From NCBI GenBank assembly GCA_938091905.1, contig CALKOM010000045.1:1-23751 (forward strand): DNA of 23,751 nt, given 5' to 3'. The position numbers were made by a program, and so were the translations under genes. The first letter of the stretch is position 1, and every line of letters starts with the position of its first letter. Source of the DNA: an uncultured Verrucomicrobiales bacterium (GTDB taxonomy: Bacteria > Verrucomicrobiota > Verrucomicrobiia > Verrucomicrobiales > DEV007). This document shows positions 9,347 through 17,263 of this stretch, in pieces. The notes below the pieces were generated by a model. It saw nothing but the letters and a program-made list of their open reading frames with translations, searched no databases and was not told where the DNA came from.

Positions 9347-9609
9347 ATCGAGATGTCCGAGTGGGAGAGCCTTCTCTTGGATGGCTAGGGCTCTCTCGGC
9401 CAGTAGCTTCGCTTTCGCGTGGTTGCCCCGCTTTTGCTGAGATTCGGCGAACCCGATTAGCACTTTCGCCGTATTGGCATGCCCTTTGCCGAACTGCTTC
9501 TCGCAGATAGCCAACGCACGCTCGAAATGCTGATCACCCTCCACATACTTGGTCCGACCGCTGAGCACTTTTCCTAATACACTGGAGCAGGATGCGACAA
9601 AAGGGTGCT

Positions 9610-9990
9610 CCTCGCCTACGAGCCTCTTGATCAGTGCCAACGCCTGCCGGGACATAGCTTCCGCCTCCTCATACTTTCCCTGTTCCCTCAGGACAATCGC
9701 CAGATTGCTGAGTCCGGCCGCCACTTGTGAATGCTCCCCGCCGAGTAGCCTCTTGATCAATGCCAGCGCCTGCCGATACATGGCTTCCGCCTCCGCATAC
9801 TTTCCCTGGTGATCCAGGACAAGCGCCAGATTGTTGAGGGACATTGCCACTTGTGGGTGCTCCCCGCCGAGTAGCTTCTTAGCCAATGCCGGCGCCTCCC
9901 GGTGCATGGCTTCCGCCTCCTCATACTTGCCTTGTTTGTCTAGGACATGCGCCAGGTTGTTGAGAAACGTCGCAACATGGGGATGCTGTT
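9610..9990. repeat. About three imperfect 126-bp tandem units encoding the 42-aa TPR repeats
   Basis: TTCCGCCTCC(T/G)CATACTT recurs at 9659, 9785 and 9911 (exact 126-bp period), with similar flanking sequence. Boundaries are approximate. Confidence 0.85.
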
Positions 9991-10070
9991 TTCCATGAAC
10001 CTCTTCCGACAAGTTCAGCGCTTGTTGAAACTCCGCCGCGGCCTTGTCATATTGGCCAAGAGCCTCGTAG

Positions 10071-10146
10071 GCGCTGCCGAGTTGACTCAATGGCTCAATG
10101 AGCCCTTCGCGCTGCCGAGTTGACTCAATGGCTCAATGAGCCCTTC
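10071..10146. repeat. Perfect 38-bp tandem duplication
   Basis: GCGCTGCCGAGTTGACTCAATGGCTCAATGAGCCCTTC at 10071-10108 and again at 10109-10146, followed by GC (2-bp microhomology). Confidence 0.97.
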
Positions 10147-10419
10147 GCCCTCCCCGATGAACTCGATGTCACCCTTCAAATCTTCAATCTTCTGCTCTAA
10201 TGCCGCAATTTGCATACCGGGCGTCTGCCCCTGGACGTAAGCTAGCGTTTCCAGCAAAACCACTGATCCTAGGAACAGACTAACGATGTGCGTGCATTTC
10301 ATAGATCTATGAGAGGAAGCTACCTCGGCAGGTTGCTTATTCTGAATACCCCCAAATAAAGGCATTCGGTATTAGAATTGCTCACTCTATTCCTGCGCTA
10401 CGATGAGCCTTGATTGGCC

Positions 10420-10864
10420 CTATTCTGTATCCAACAGCCTCGCCAGGTGGCTCCTTTGCCGCTCACTCATCTTGTTCGACTTCCGCCGATTCAGCGTGCG
10501 AGGTATGAACTCAAGGTTGCCTATCCAGTTCTCGAATCGCGGGGCCTTGGACACGGGAACGATGTGATCCACCTCAGCGATCTCTCCCGCGCAAGGCCCG
10601 CGTGTGATGGTTGGAGCCCGCCCTCTCCGAAGCTTCGCTAGATTGGCTTCTATGAGGCACCCAAGGCGCTCTAGAATCGTCAGGTTCGTAAGAGCGCTTC
10701 CTTTGCTAGTTGTCCTCTTGGCGTCCGAGCGTGCCCTGTAGCGTCAATAACGTTGCCAGGGGGATTCCAGCCACCCAGGCAACGTAGAGCCAGTAACAAG
10801 CTTTCCTGAGCCTAAGATTGGCTGCACGGTCACTCTTGAGTGTGTCGAGCTTTTCTGGATCAAA
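10420..10864 (-). pseudogene. HNH/HNN-type nuclease-domain protein with two frameshifts and no 5' end; absent from the ORF track
   Basis: Manual minus-strand translation across three frames: FDPEKLDTLKSDRAANLRLRKACYWLYVAWVAG / PPGNVIDATGHARTPRGQLAKEALLR / NLTILERLGCLIEANLAKLRRGRAPTITRGPCAGEIAEVDHIVPVSKAPRFENWIGNLEFIPRTLNRRKSNKMSERQRSHLARLLDTE, with TAG at 10422-10420. VDHIVP...GNL...LNRRKS is a beta-beta-alpha-metal motif. Confidence 0.72.
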
Positions 10865-11412
10865 TTGTCAAGACTGGCTACTACGGAGTCGAGGGGAATG
10901 TCTCCTACCTCATCCAGGGCGTCTATTCCGATGGCAAAGCCTTCCTCGCCTTCGTTTGCGAAGAGAACGGTCAGCTCGCACTCGATTGGCAGGCGTTCAC
11001 CGGCCACAACGCCGTGCCCTTCGCTCACTTTCTCGACCACGAGATCAACAATCCCACCGAGATGCGCGTCGTTGTGCAGAGTATTTCTGTGGAAACCCTT
11101 CCCGGACTCGCCGAAAACTATCACTTCTATCAACTATACGATCGAAACCGTTCAGGCACCTGCTGGGCTCTTGTTCGGAAGCACTACCCAGCGGGCAAAG
11201 CGCTGGCGTCTCTCATCGCACCTCCAGAAGATCCGTCCTTCTCACTCTTCTCATCGACCAGTGAAGTGGCAACAGAACACCACCAAACTCCCCCTCGACG
11301 ACTTATCCTGACACTGAGACACGATGACGCGCTTGGTATCGTCATTGATGAGGTCGTGTCGACGGAGTGGCTTAGCCAAACTGTTCCTGCAGATGTTCAC
11401 TTCGATATCTAG
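10840..11412 (+). pseudogene. Hypothetical protein, probably a 5'-truncated C-terminal fragment
   Basis: The 190-codon frame looks protein-like (LALDWQAFTG...YQL...CWALV...RRLILTL...IDEVVSTEWL). Its GTG start lies inside the antisense HNH relic, so the true N-terminus appears to be lost at about 10865. Confidence 0.45.
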
Positions 11413-12310
11413 GTTACTACTCGTTGCCTGCTCTTTCCTGATGTTGAGCGAGCCTCTCGCTTGAAGCGACACAGATCATTTAGCAAAGCTCCCGAGCTGC
11501 TCACGAGACCAGCACCGGCCAAGCGCTGATGACAACTATATCTTTGAGCTCGGTATCTTTACGGGAACTTTTGTTCCCACTCCGTCAAATGTCAGCGAAT
11601 GGGCGAATAATTGGCAAACGGCAGATCGTGTGCGCTATGATGCGGTCAACCGCGTGTTCACCAGCCGAATCGATATTAATGATAATGACACCCCCTTCTT
11701 TGCCGGAGAACGTGGCTACATCTGGGGCTACGGCACAGAAAGCAACGAGTGGTTTCTCATGTCTTCCCCTAACTGGAATTGGCCGACTGGATCAAGCACC
11801 GGCTTCCCGCTAGAATGGACCACACTAACCTACACACGTATTATTGTTGGCGTATTTCCAACCAGGATGACAGAGCCGTATCTTCGCACTGAGAACGTCG
11901 GCAACCAACCGCTCCCGAGCTTAACCAAGACCGCCTGGCAAGCTACGGTCTTCACACCAGGACAGCTTGCAAATAGCGACATTTCTTCATGGTCCGCCGA
12001 CCCCGATCTCGACGGACACTCCAACCTTGTCGAATACGCGCTCGACGGAGACCCGTTTACATTCGAGCAAAGACTTGGGCTCAAGGCCACGATCCGAGCC
12101 GATAGCGGCCAGCCCACGTATTTAGATCTTCAGCTAAACAGATCTCGCACGCGCTTGGCTCTCACTCAGATTGAGCTATCCACCGATCTTACCCAGTGGG
12201 ACGACGCCAGAGACGCGGTTCAAGAAGATCGTCTTGCAATACAGCGCGTTCGGTTACCATGGGAAACCATTCACCACCAATTCGTCCGGATTCGCGTGAC
12301 CGAACACTAG
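11393..12310 (+). pseudogene. Secreted Verrucomicrobia-type protein with a DPDxDG Ca-binding-like motif and C-terminal FxRxxV tail; 5' part disrupted
   Basis: ATG 11393 gives MFTSISRLLLVACSFLMLSEPLA (signal-like), then TGA (11462-11464). The shifted frame gives ATQII-TAG(11481-11483)-QSSRAAHETSTGQAL. After a shift back at about 11528 it reads DDNYIFELGIFTGTFVPTPSNVSEWANNW..., open into ORF 11630-12310, which contains ADPDLDGHSNLVEYALDGDP, STDLTQW and FVRIRVTEH. Confidence 0.65.
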
Positions 12311-12340
12311 CAATCTCGGCCAGAGGCATCAGCGTGTGGT

Positions 12341-13363
12341 ATGAAGGTCACGCTCGTTTCAAAGACGCTGAAGCTGAAACACGCCTGGACACTAGCAAGA
12401 GGGTCAACCACTTCTAAGGATTACCTCTATTTCAAGGTCGAGCACCAGGGCTTCACCGGCTGGGGAGAGGCTGCCCACAACGCGCGCTACGGAGAGAGTC
12501 CTGAGTCCGTGAAGACGGTATTAGAGGAGGCCAAGACCATCCTCGAAGCTGATCCCGAAGCCGTCCACAGGTGGCAGGAATGGCTTCCAAGCCTACCACA
12601 AGCTCAAGCCGCAGCTCGTGCCGCCGTCGACATTGCCTGCCGCGACTGGGTGACCCAAGCATCGAGCAAGCCATTCCTTCCCGCCGCGCCTGACAGAGAA
12701 CTCGTCACCAGTTTCTCGGTCGGTATCGATGCTCCAGAACGGATTCGCGCCAAGGTCTCCGAAGCTTCAGCCTACCACGTCCTCAAGATCAAACTCGGTA
12801 CTAAGCAAGACCAAGACATCATCTCTGCGGTTCGCAAGGCAACCGACAAACCGCTGCGCGTCGACGCCAACGAAGGCTGGCGCGACCGTGAAGAAGCGTT
12901 GCAAATGATCGACTGGCTCGCAGCCCGCGGGGTAGAGCTGATAGAGCAGCCCATGCCTACCGGTCAGTTGGAAAATATTTCCTGGCTACGAGAGCGGTCG
13001 CCGCTACCACTGGTTGCTGATGAAGACATCTGCGGCATTGAGGACATCAATCGACTCGCTGGTGTCTATGATGGCATCAATGTAAAGCTGATGAAAGCTG
13101 GTGGTGCCACTCCAGCCGCCGCGATGTTAGAGAAGGCACGAACCCAGGGACTCAAAACGATGTTAGGCTGCATGATCGAGTCTTCTATAGGAATCACAGC
13201 CGCTTCCTTCCTGGCCCCAAAAGCGGACTGGATTGATCTCGACGGCAACCTGCTCATCAGCAACGACCCGTTTATCGGCACCACCTGCCAGGAAGGCAAG
13301 CTCGTGTTGCCTACGAGACGGCTTGGTCTTGGTGTCGAGGAAAAACCCGACGCACTTCCGTGA
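12341..13363 (+). CDS. ykfB: Dipeptide epimerase (L-Ala-D/L-Glu epimerase, enolase superfamily, MLE subgroup)
   Basis: GWGEA, catalytic KIK, metal ligands DANEGW, EQP and ADE, KLMKAGG, GCMIES and the epimerase-type DLDG motif. Confidence 0.85.
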   Translation: MKVTLVSKTLKLKHAWTLARGSTTSKDYLYFKVEHQGFTGWGEAAHNARYGESPESVKTVLEEAKTILEADPEAVHRWQEWLPSLPQAQAAARAAVDIACRDWVTQASSKPFLPAAPDRELVTSFSVGIDAPERIRAKVSEASAYHVLKIKLGTKQDQDIISAVRKATDKPLRVDANEGWRDREEALQMIDWLAARGVELIEQPMPTGQLENISWLRERSPLPLVADEDICGIEDINRLAGVYDGINVKLMKAGGATPAAAMLEKARTQGLKTMLGCMIESSIGITAASFLAPKADWIDLDGNLLISNDPFIGTTCQEGKLVLPTRRLGLGVEEKPDALP

Positions 13364-14111
13364 GTGCGTGCGAGTAGGTTTCGTTCTCGCGATTGAAAGC
13401 ACCTTTCTCATCGAGCGTATCAATCCGCACCTCCGCAGAAGCATGGATGACCTGGCCATCGCCAAACACGATCCCGACGTGTGGGCTGCCATCGTAGTTT
13501 GAGCTAAGAAAGACAAGATCCCCCGGCTGGGTTTCTGTCAGTTTGTCCACTAAGCTTCCCACGAAGATCTGCTCACTGGCATCGCGTGGTAGTGCGATGC
13601 CAAACGCTCGGCAGACCACTTGAACAAACCCAGAGCAATCAATTCCATAAGGGCTTCGCCCACCCCAAAGATAGGGAGTGCCTAAATAGGTTTCCGCGTG
13701 AGCAACGATGGTGCTTGGAGTCACGAGGTGCCCACAATTAGTAGCCCCCTCGTAGCGAAAAAGCTTCCCTCCACTCTCAAAGACCCCGTCCGTATAGTCT
13801 GGCAACGTGCTCCCCGTTAAAATGGCCACCTTCGCGGACTTCTCTTCGACACTCGAGATCACTCCGCACTCTAGCGCAATCACTGGCTGATCCGATCCCG
13901 ACACCTCTTCCAATACCTCTGTCTGTCGACCATCCACCCACCCTTCATAGCCATCATGATGCGAACGAATGAGACGATAGTGGTCGTGCTCTTTGAGTAT
14001 CGCAAAGGTCTCTCCAAAGAGAAGCTGATTGATCATCTCACTACTGAGATCTGGCAAACGCCGTACTGGAATCGAAGCTAGATGACAGATCCCGGCATTC
14101 ATGAAGTTCAT
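13311..14111 (-). CDS. ykfC: SH3b plus NlpC/P60 (C40) peptidase, gamma-D-glutamyl-diamino acid endopeptidase (dipeptidyl-peptidase VI)-like
   Basis: N-terminal IPVR..P...SEMINQLLFGE...DGYEGWV (SH3b-like); C-terminal YLGTPYLWGGRS..GIDCSGFVQ, LPRDASEQ, PGDLVF, HVGI and VIHAS (Cys-His-His triad). Confidence 0.85.
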   Translation of the reverse strand: MNFMNAGICHLASIPVRRLPDLSSEMINQLLFGETFAILKEHDHYRLIRSHHDGYEGWVDGRQTEVLEEVSGSDQPVIALECGVISSVEEKSAKVAILTGSTLPDYTDGVFESGGKLFRYEGATNCGHLVTPSTIVAHAETYLGTPYLWGGRSPYGIDCSGFVQVVCRAFGIALPRDASEQIFVGSLVDKLTETQPGDLVFLSSNYDGSPHVGIVFGDGQVIHASAEVRIDTLDEKGAFNRENETYSHALTEVRRVFPRHQDQAVS

Positions 14112-14180
14112 TATCGCGTAATATCTGATCGGAACAACCGTTCAGGTGGCCAAGATTGCGAATGGCATGTCTATTCGGCG

Positions 14181-14951
14181 GTGAACTTTGCCGAAGATCA
14201 TTTCTCTTCCCACGCCAGCGACTACGCCGCTCATCGACCGACGTATCCCGCAGCCCTCTTCGACTAGCTGGCAAGCCTTTGCCCAACGCAAGACCTCGCA
14301 TGGGATTGCGCCACCGGAAATGGCCAAGCAGCCATTCTTCTGGCAGACCACTTTGCTAGTGTTATCGCTACCGACGCGAGTGCACCCCAAGTCGAGGCTG
14401 CCACCTCTCACCCCAACGTTCGCTACGAAACCGCTCCTGCAGAGGCCTCTCCACTCGCAACCGATTCCGTAGATCTGGTCACCGTTGCCCAAGCGGCGCA
14501 TTGGTTCGATCTCGATGCCTTTTATCGGGAGACCGAACGTGTCTTAAAACCCTCAGGTGTCTTGGCCCTGTGGTGCTATGGACTCGCTAAGGTCACTACC
14601 CGAATCGACGCCTTGATCGAAAACTTCTTCTCGGAAACGGTCGGCTCGTATTGGCCAGACAAGCGGAGCCATATTGATAACGGCTACACCGCTCTAACAG
14701 CCCCACAAACCTCACTATCGACACCTCGTTTCGAAATGAAGCTGACCTGGACCGTAGATCAATGCCTAGCCTACCTCCAAACCTGGTCTGCGGTGAAACG
14801 GTATGAGGCCGAAGTTGGCGTCAACCCGACCGACGCCCTGCAGGGACCGCTTTCTTCGGCGTGGGGCGAAAGAGAGAGATCAGTCGAATGGCCGCTGACC
14901 TTAAAGGTCGCCCAACCAGAAAACGGATTGCGGTTGCCAGATCAAGCCTGA
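14181..14951 (+). pseudogene. Class I SAM-dependent methyltransferase, interrupted by an in-frame TAG at codon 29
   Basis: GTG 14181 gives MNFAEDHFSSHASDYAAHRPTYPAALFD, then TAG (14265-14267), then LASLCPTQDLAWDCATGNGQAA...TDAS...DLVTVAQAAHWFD...RVLKPSGVLALWCY. The frame is open to TGA 14951 and joins the track's ORFs 14082-14267 and 14562-14951. Confidence 0.85.
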
Positions 14952-14971
14952 TCGGGTAGGCCAACCTCACG

Positions 14972-15493
14972 ATGATGACACGAGAAGACCTAGCAGCCAG
15001 AATTGCCGAAGTCTCCCTTCTTAAAGGAGAGTTCACCCTCCGTAGCGGGCGCACGAGCCACTACTACCTCGATAAATACCTCTTCAGCACTCAGCCAGAC
15101 ATCCTGGAATCTCTTGGTAAGCTCTTCGCCGAGCGCCTTGGAGATGGGGTCAACAAATTGGCCGGCGCTGAGCTTGGCGGCATTCCGTTAGTGACCGTCG
15201 CTTCCCTTGCCAGCGGGCTGCCCTGCGTTTTCATTCGGAATCAGAAGAAAGACTACGGCACCGCCAAACAACTTGAAGGCAACCTAGGCGAAGGTGATCA
15301 GGTTGCTCTGCTAGAAGACGTCTGTACCACCGGTGGCCAGATTCTCGAAGCCGCCAAGGTCATCGAAGCTCAAGGCGCTAAGATTTCTAAGATCATCGGC
15401 ACCATCGATCGCGAGGAAGGTGCCCGCGAGAATATCGAAGATGCGGGTTACACCTTCGAAGCCCTCTTCACCAAGACGGACCTAGGAGTCTAG
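14972..15493 (+). CDS. pyrE: Orotate phosphoribosyltransferase
   Basis: GEFTLRSGRTSHYYLDK, GAELGGIP, IRNQKKDYGT, PRPP-binding LLEDVCTTGG, IDREEGA. Confidence 0.95.
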   Translation: MMTREDLAARIAEVSLLKGEFTLRSGRTSHYYLDKYLFSTQPDILESLGKLFAERLGDGVNKLAGAELGGIPLVTVASLASGLPCVFIRNQKKDYGTAKQLEGNLGEGDQVALLEDVCTTGGQILEAAKVIEAQGAKISKIIGTIDREEGARENIEDAGYTFEALFTKTDLGV

Positions 15494-15501
15494 CTCTCAT
15501 C

Positions 15502-15774
15502 ATGGACATCACGAATAAGTCGGGCAAGCCTCTCAGCGTCCCCTTGCCCGGAGGCAAGAAGCTCTTTCTCGGCCCTGGCAAGACAGGGCAAGTTTCCCCC
15601 AAAGCGCTTACTAAACCCGCGCTCGCAGCTCTCATTGAGTCAGGGGACATCGTCACCTTTGCTGGCGGCAAGAAGCGCATCGAGAACGGCAGCTCCGGCT
15701 CTCTTAGTGCTAGATCAGCTGGCAGCAGCGACCACAAAGCCACAGGTGCCATGCGCCAGTCGGGAGACCGCTAA
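15502..15774 (+). CDS. Small basic hypothetical protein (90 aa)
   Basis: ATG 8 bp after the pyrE stop; fills the gap to the convergent gluQ; ordered-looking N-terminal half and Gly/Ser-rich tail. Confidence 0.65.
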   Translation: MDITNKSGKPLSVPLPGGKKLFLGPGKTGQVSPKALTKPALAALIESGDIVTFAGGKKRIENGSSGSLSARSAGSSDHKATGAMRQSGDR

Positions 15775-15806
15775 CGTCGTAAAGTAGCTCTGGCATCCTG
15801 CCAAAG

Positions 15807-16667
15807 TCATATGCTGGAACCCCGCGCATTTCTACCCTCAATGTCCAATCGCCGCCAAATGTCTTCCGCGGTAATACCATCCTCTCGCAACGTCCCCAAC
15901 GTCGTCGCGGCATCACGTTTCGCGAGACGCTTGCCATTTGCATCGCAAATAACTCGGTGATGGTGCCACATCGGCACAGGCAAATCTAACAATGCCTGCA
16001 ATAGTCGATGAATGTGTGTGGATTCGAAGAGGTCTCCCCCACGGGTCACCAAGGTGATCTCTTGATTCGCATCATCGACGGTCACAGCCAGGTGATAACT
16101 CGTCGGAATGTCTTTCCGAGCCAGCACAACATCCCCAAAGATCTCCGGACAAGCCAATTGCTCACCAGCCTCCACATCTTGCCAGGACAGCTTGCCTACC
16201 ATGGCGACAGCTTGGTCCATCTTCAGACGCCAGGCGTGCGCCTCGCCTCCATCGATGCGGCTCTGAACGTCAGCCGCCGAAAGATGACGACACAACCCAG
16301 GATAGATCGGCCCATCTGGCCCGTGAGGCGCTCGCCCAGACTGAGCGATTTCCTCCTGGATATCTCGCCGTGTGCAGAAGCAGGGATAGAGCAGGTCGCG
16401 TTCGCGTAAAGTCGCCAGGGCTTGCTCGTAATGAGGTAGTCGCTTGCTTTGCCGCATTGATACGTCGTCCGGGGGCAAGCCCAGCCAATCCAGATCCTCT
16501 AGGGTAGATGCCTCATACTCCGGCCGACAGCGAGAACCATCGATGTCCTCCCACCTGAGAAGATAGCTACCTCCAGCTTCCCGCGCTGCCTGCCAAGCAA
16601 TCCAAGCCGCAAAAGCGTGACCCAAGTGCAGATGCCCGGTCGGGCTTGGGGCAAATCGAGAAATCAT
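15807..16667 (-). CDS. gluQ: tRNA glutamyl-Q(34) synthetase GluQRS
   Basis: RFAPSPTGHLHLGH (HIGH-type), YPCFCTR...YPGLCR Zn motif, YHLAVTVDD, VTRGGDL, GKRLAKR (KMSKS-type). At 286 aa it lacks the anticodon-binding domain of GltX. Confidence 0.92.
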   Translation of the reverse strand: MISRFAPSPTGHLHLGHAFAAWIAWQAAREAGGSYLLRWEDIDGSRCRPEYEASTLEDLDWLGLPPDDVSMRQSKRLPHYEQALATLRERDLLYPCFCTRRDIQEEIAQSGRAPHGPDGPIYPGLCRHLSAADVQSRIDGGEAHAWRLKMDQAVAMVGKLSWQDVEAGEQLACPEIFGDVVLARKDIPTSYHLAVTVDDANQEITLVTRGGDLFESTHIHRLLQALLDLPVPMWHHHRVICDANGKRLAKRDAATTLGTLREDGITAEDIWRRLDIEGRNARGSSI

Positions 16668-16718
16668 TTATCGAACCTGAGGTTGCACGGCGCGGCATTC
16701 GCTCCTAGGCATTGAGCC

Positions 16719-17216
16719 ATGTCTGATATCCACATTGTCCTGAAAACTGACAAGGGAAATATCGAAGCCACCTTCTATGGCGGAGATGTTCCTGTAACCG
16801 TGGCGAGTTTCCTCAATCTCGCCAAGCGCGGTTACTACGACGGCATCACTTTTCATCGCGTGATCGCTAATTTCATGATCCAAGGCGGCGACCCTACCGG
16901 CACAGGCACGAGCGGTCCAGGCTACAAGTTTGAGGACGAGTTTCGCCCCCATTTGAAGCATGACAAAGCGGGTATCTTCTCCATGGCAAATGCCGGTCCC
17001 CACACAAATGGCAGCCAGTTCTTTATCACTCACGGCCCCACACCGCACCTCGACCACAAGCACACTGTGTTTGGTCACGTGACGAAAGGCCAAGACGTGG
17101 TCGACTCTATCGCTCAGGGTGACAAGATCACTGGGATTGATGTTCTGGATTCTACAGACGAGCTCTTTGCTAGTCAGGCCGAACGACTTTCAGACTGGAA
17201 CAAGATTCTAGGGTAA
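16719..17216 (+). CDS. Cyclophilin-type peptidyl-prolyl cis-trans isomerase
   Basis: [52 protein letters not shown]. Confidence 0.95.
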   Translation: MSDIHIVLKTDKGNIEATFYGGDVPVTVASFLNLAKRGYYDGITFHRVIANFMIQGGDPTGTGTSGPGYKFEDEFRPHLKHDKAGIFSMANAGPHTNGSQFFITHGPTPHLDHKHTVFGHVTKGQDVVDSIAQGDKITGIDVLDSTDELFASQAERLSDWNKILG

Positions 17217-17263
17217 GCGCTAGCACTAGCATAGCTAGCGAAGCCCCACCCTCACCTACTTCG

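Larger units (their letters stand above)
9194..10302 (-). pseudogene. Secreted tetratricopeptide-repeat protein (42-aa TPR_10/TPR_12-type repeats), frameshifted by a 38-bp duplication and fused at its 3' end to antisense IS DNA
   Basis: ATG 10302 gives MKCTHIVSLFLGSVVLLETLAYVQG (signal-like). Removing one 38-bp copy joins ORFs 10087-10365 and 9194-10090 into ...GEGLIEPLSQLGSAYEALGQYDKA.... Repeats follow HPxVAxxLNNLAxVLxxQGKYxEAEAM. TPR similarity ends at about 9336 (LPLGHLDLAD), and the last ~47 codons lie on the transposase antisense strand. Confidence 0.85.

Noticed and set aside
10071..10146. CRISPR-like repeat (38-bp unit)
   Set aside because: Only two copies, directly adjacent with no spacer, inside a coding sequence, and no cas genes in the window.
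1343..14267. TAG recoding or amber readthrough (pyrrolysine or alternative genetic code), suggested by three in-frame TAGs
   Set aside because: The expected residues differ (Ser in GT2, probably Trp in the other two), and each is one substitution from TAG. TAG also ends intact genes at their normal C-termini (heme protein 5908, pyrE 15493, lysC 20911, HNH 23720). Frameshifts in neighbouring genes point to decay instead.
16668..17093. 141-aa minus-strand ORF, and similar antisense ORFs such as 7312-7785, 6498-7025, 2461-3018 and 10744-11133
   Set aside because: They are shadow frames of better-supported genes on the opposite strand and have no recognisable motifs.
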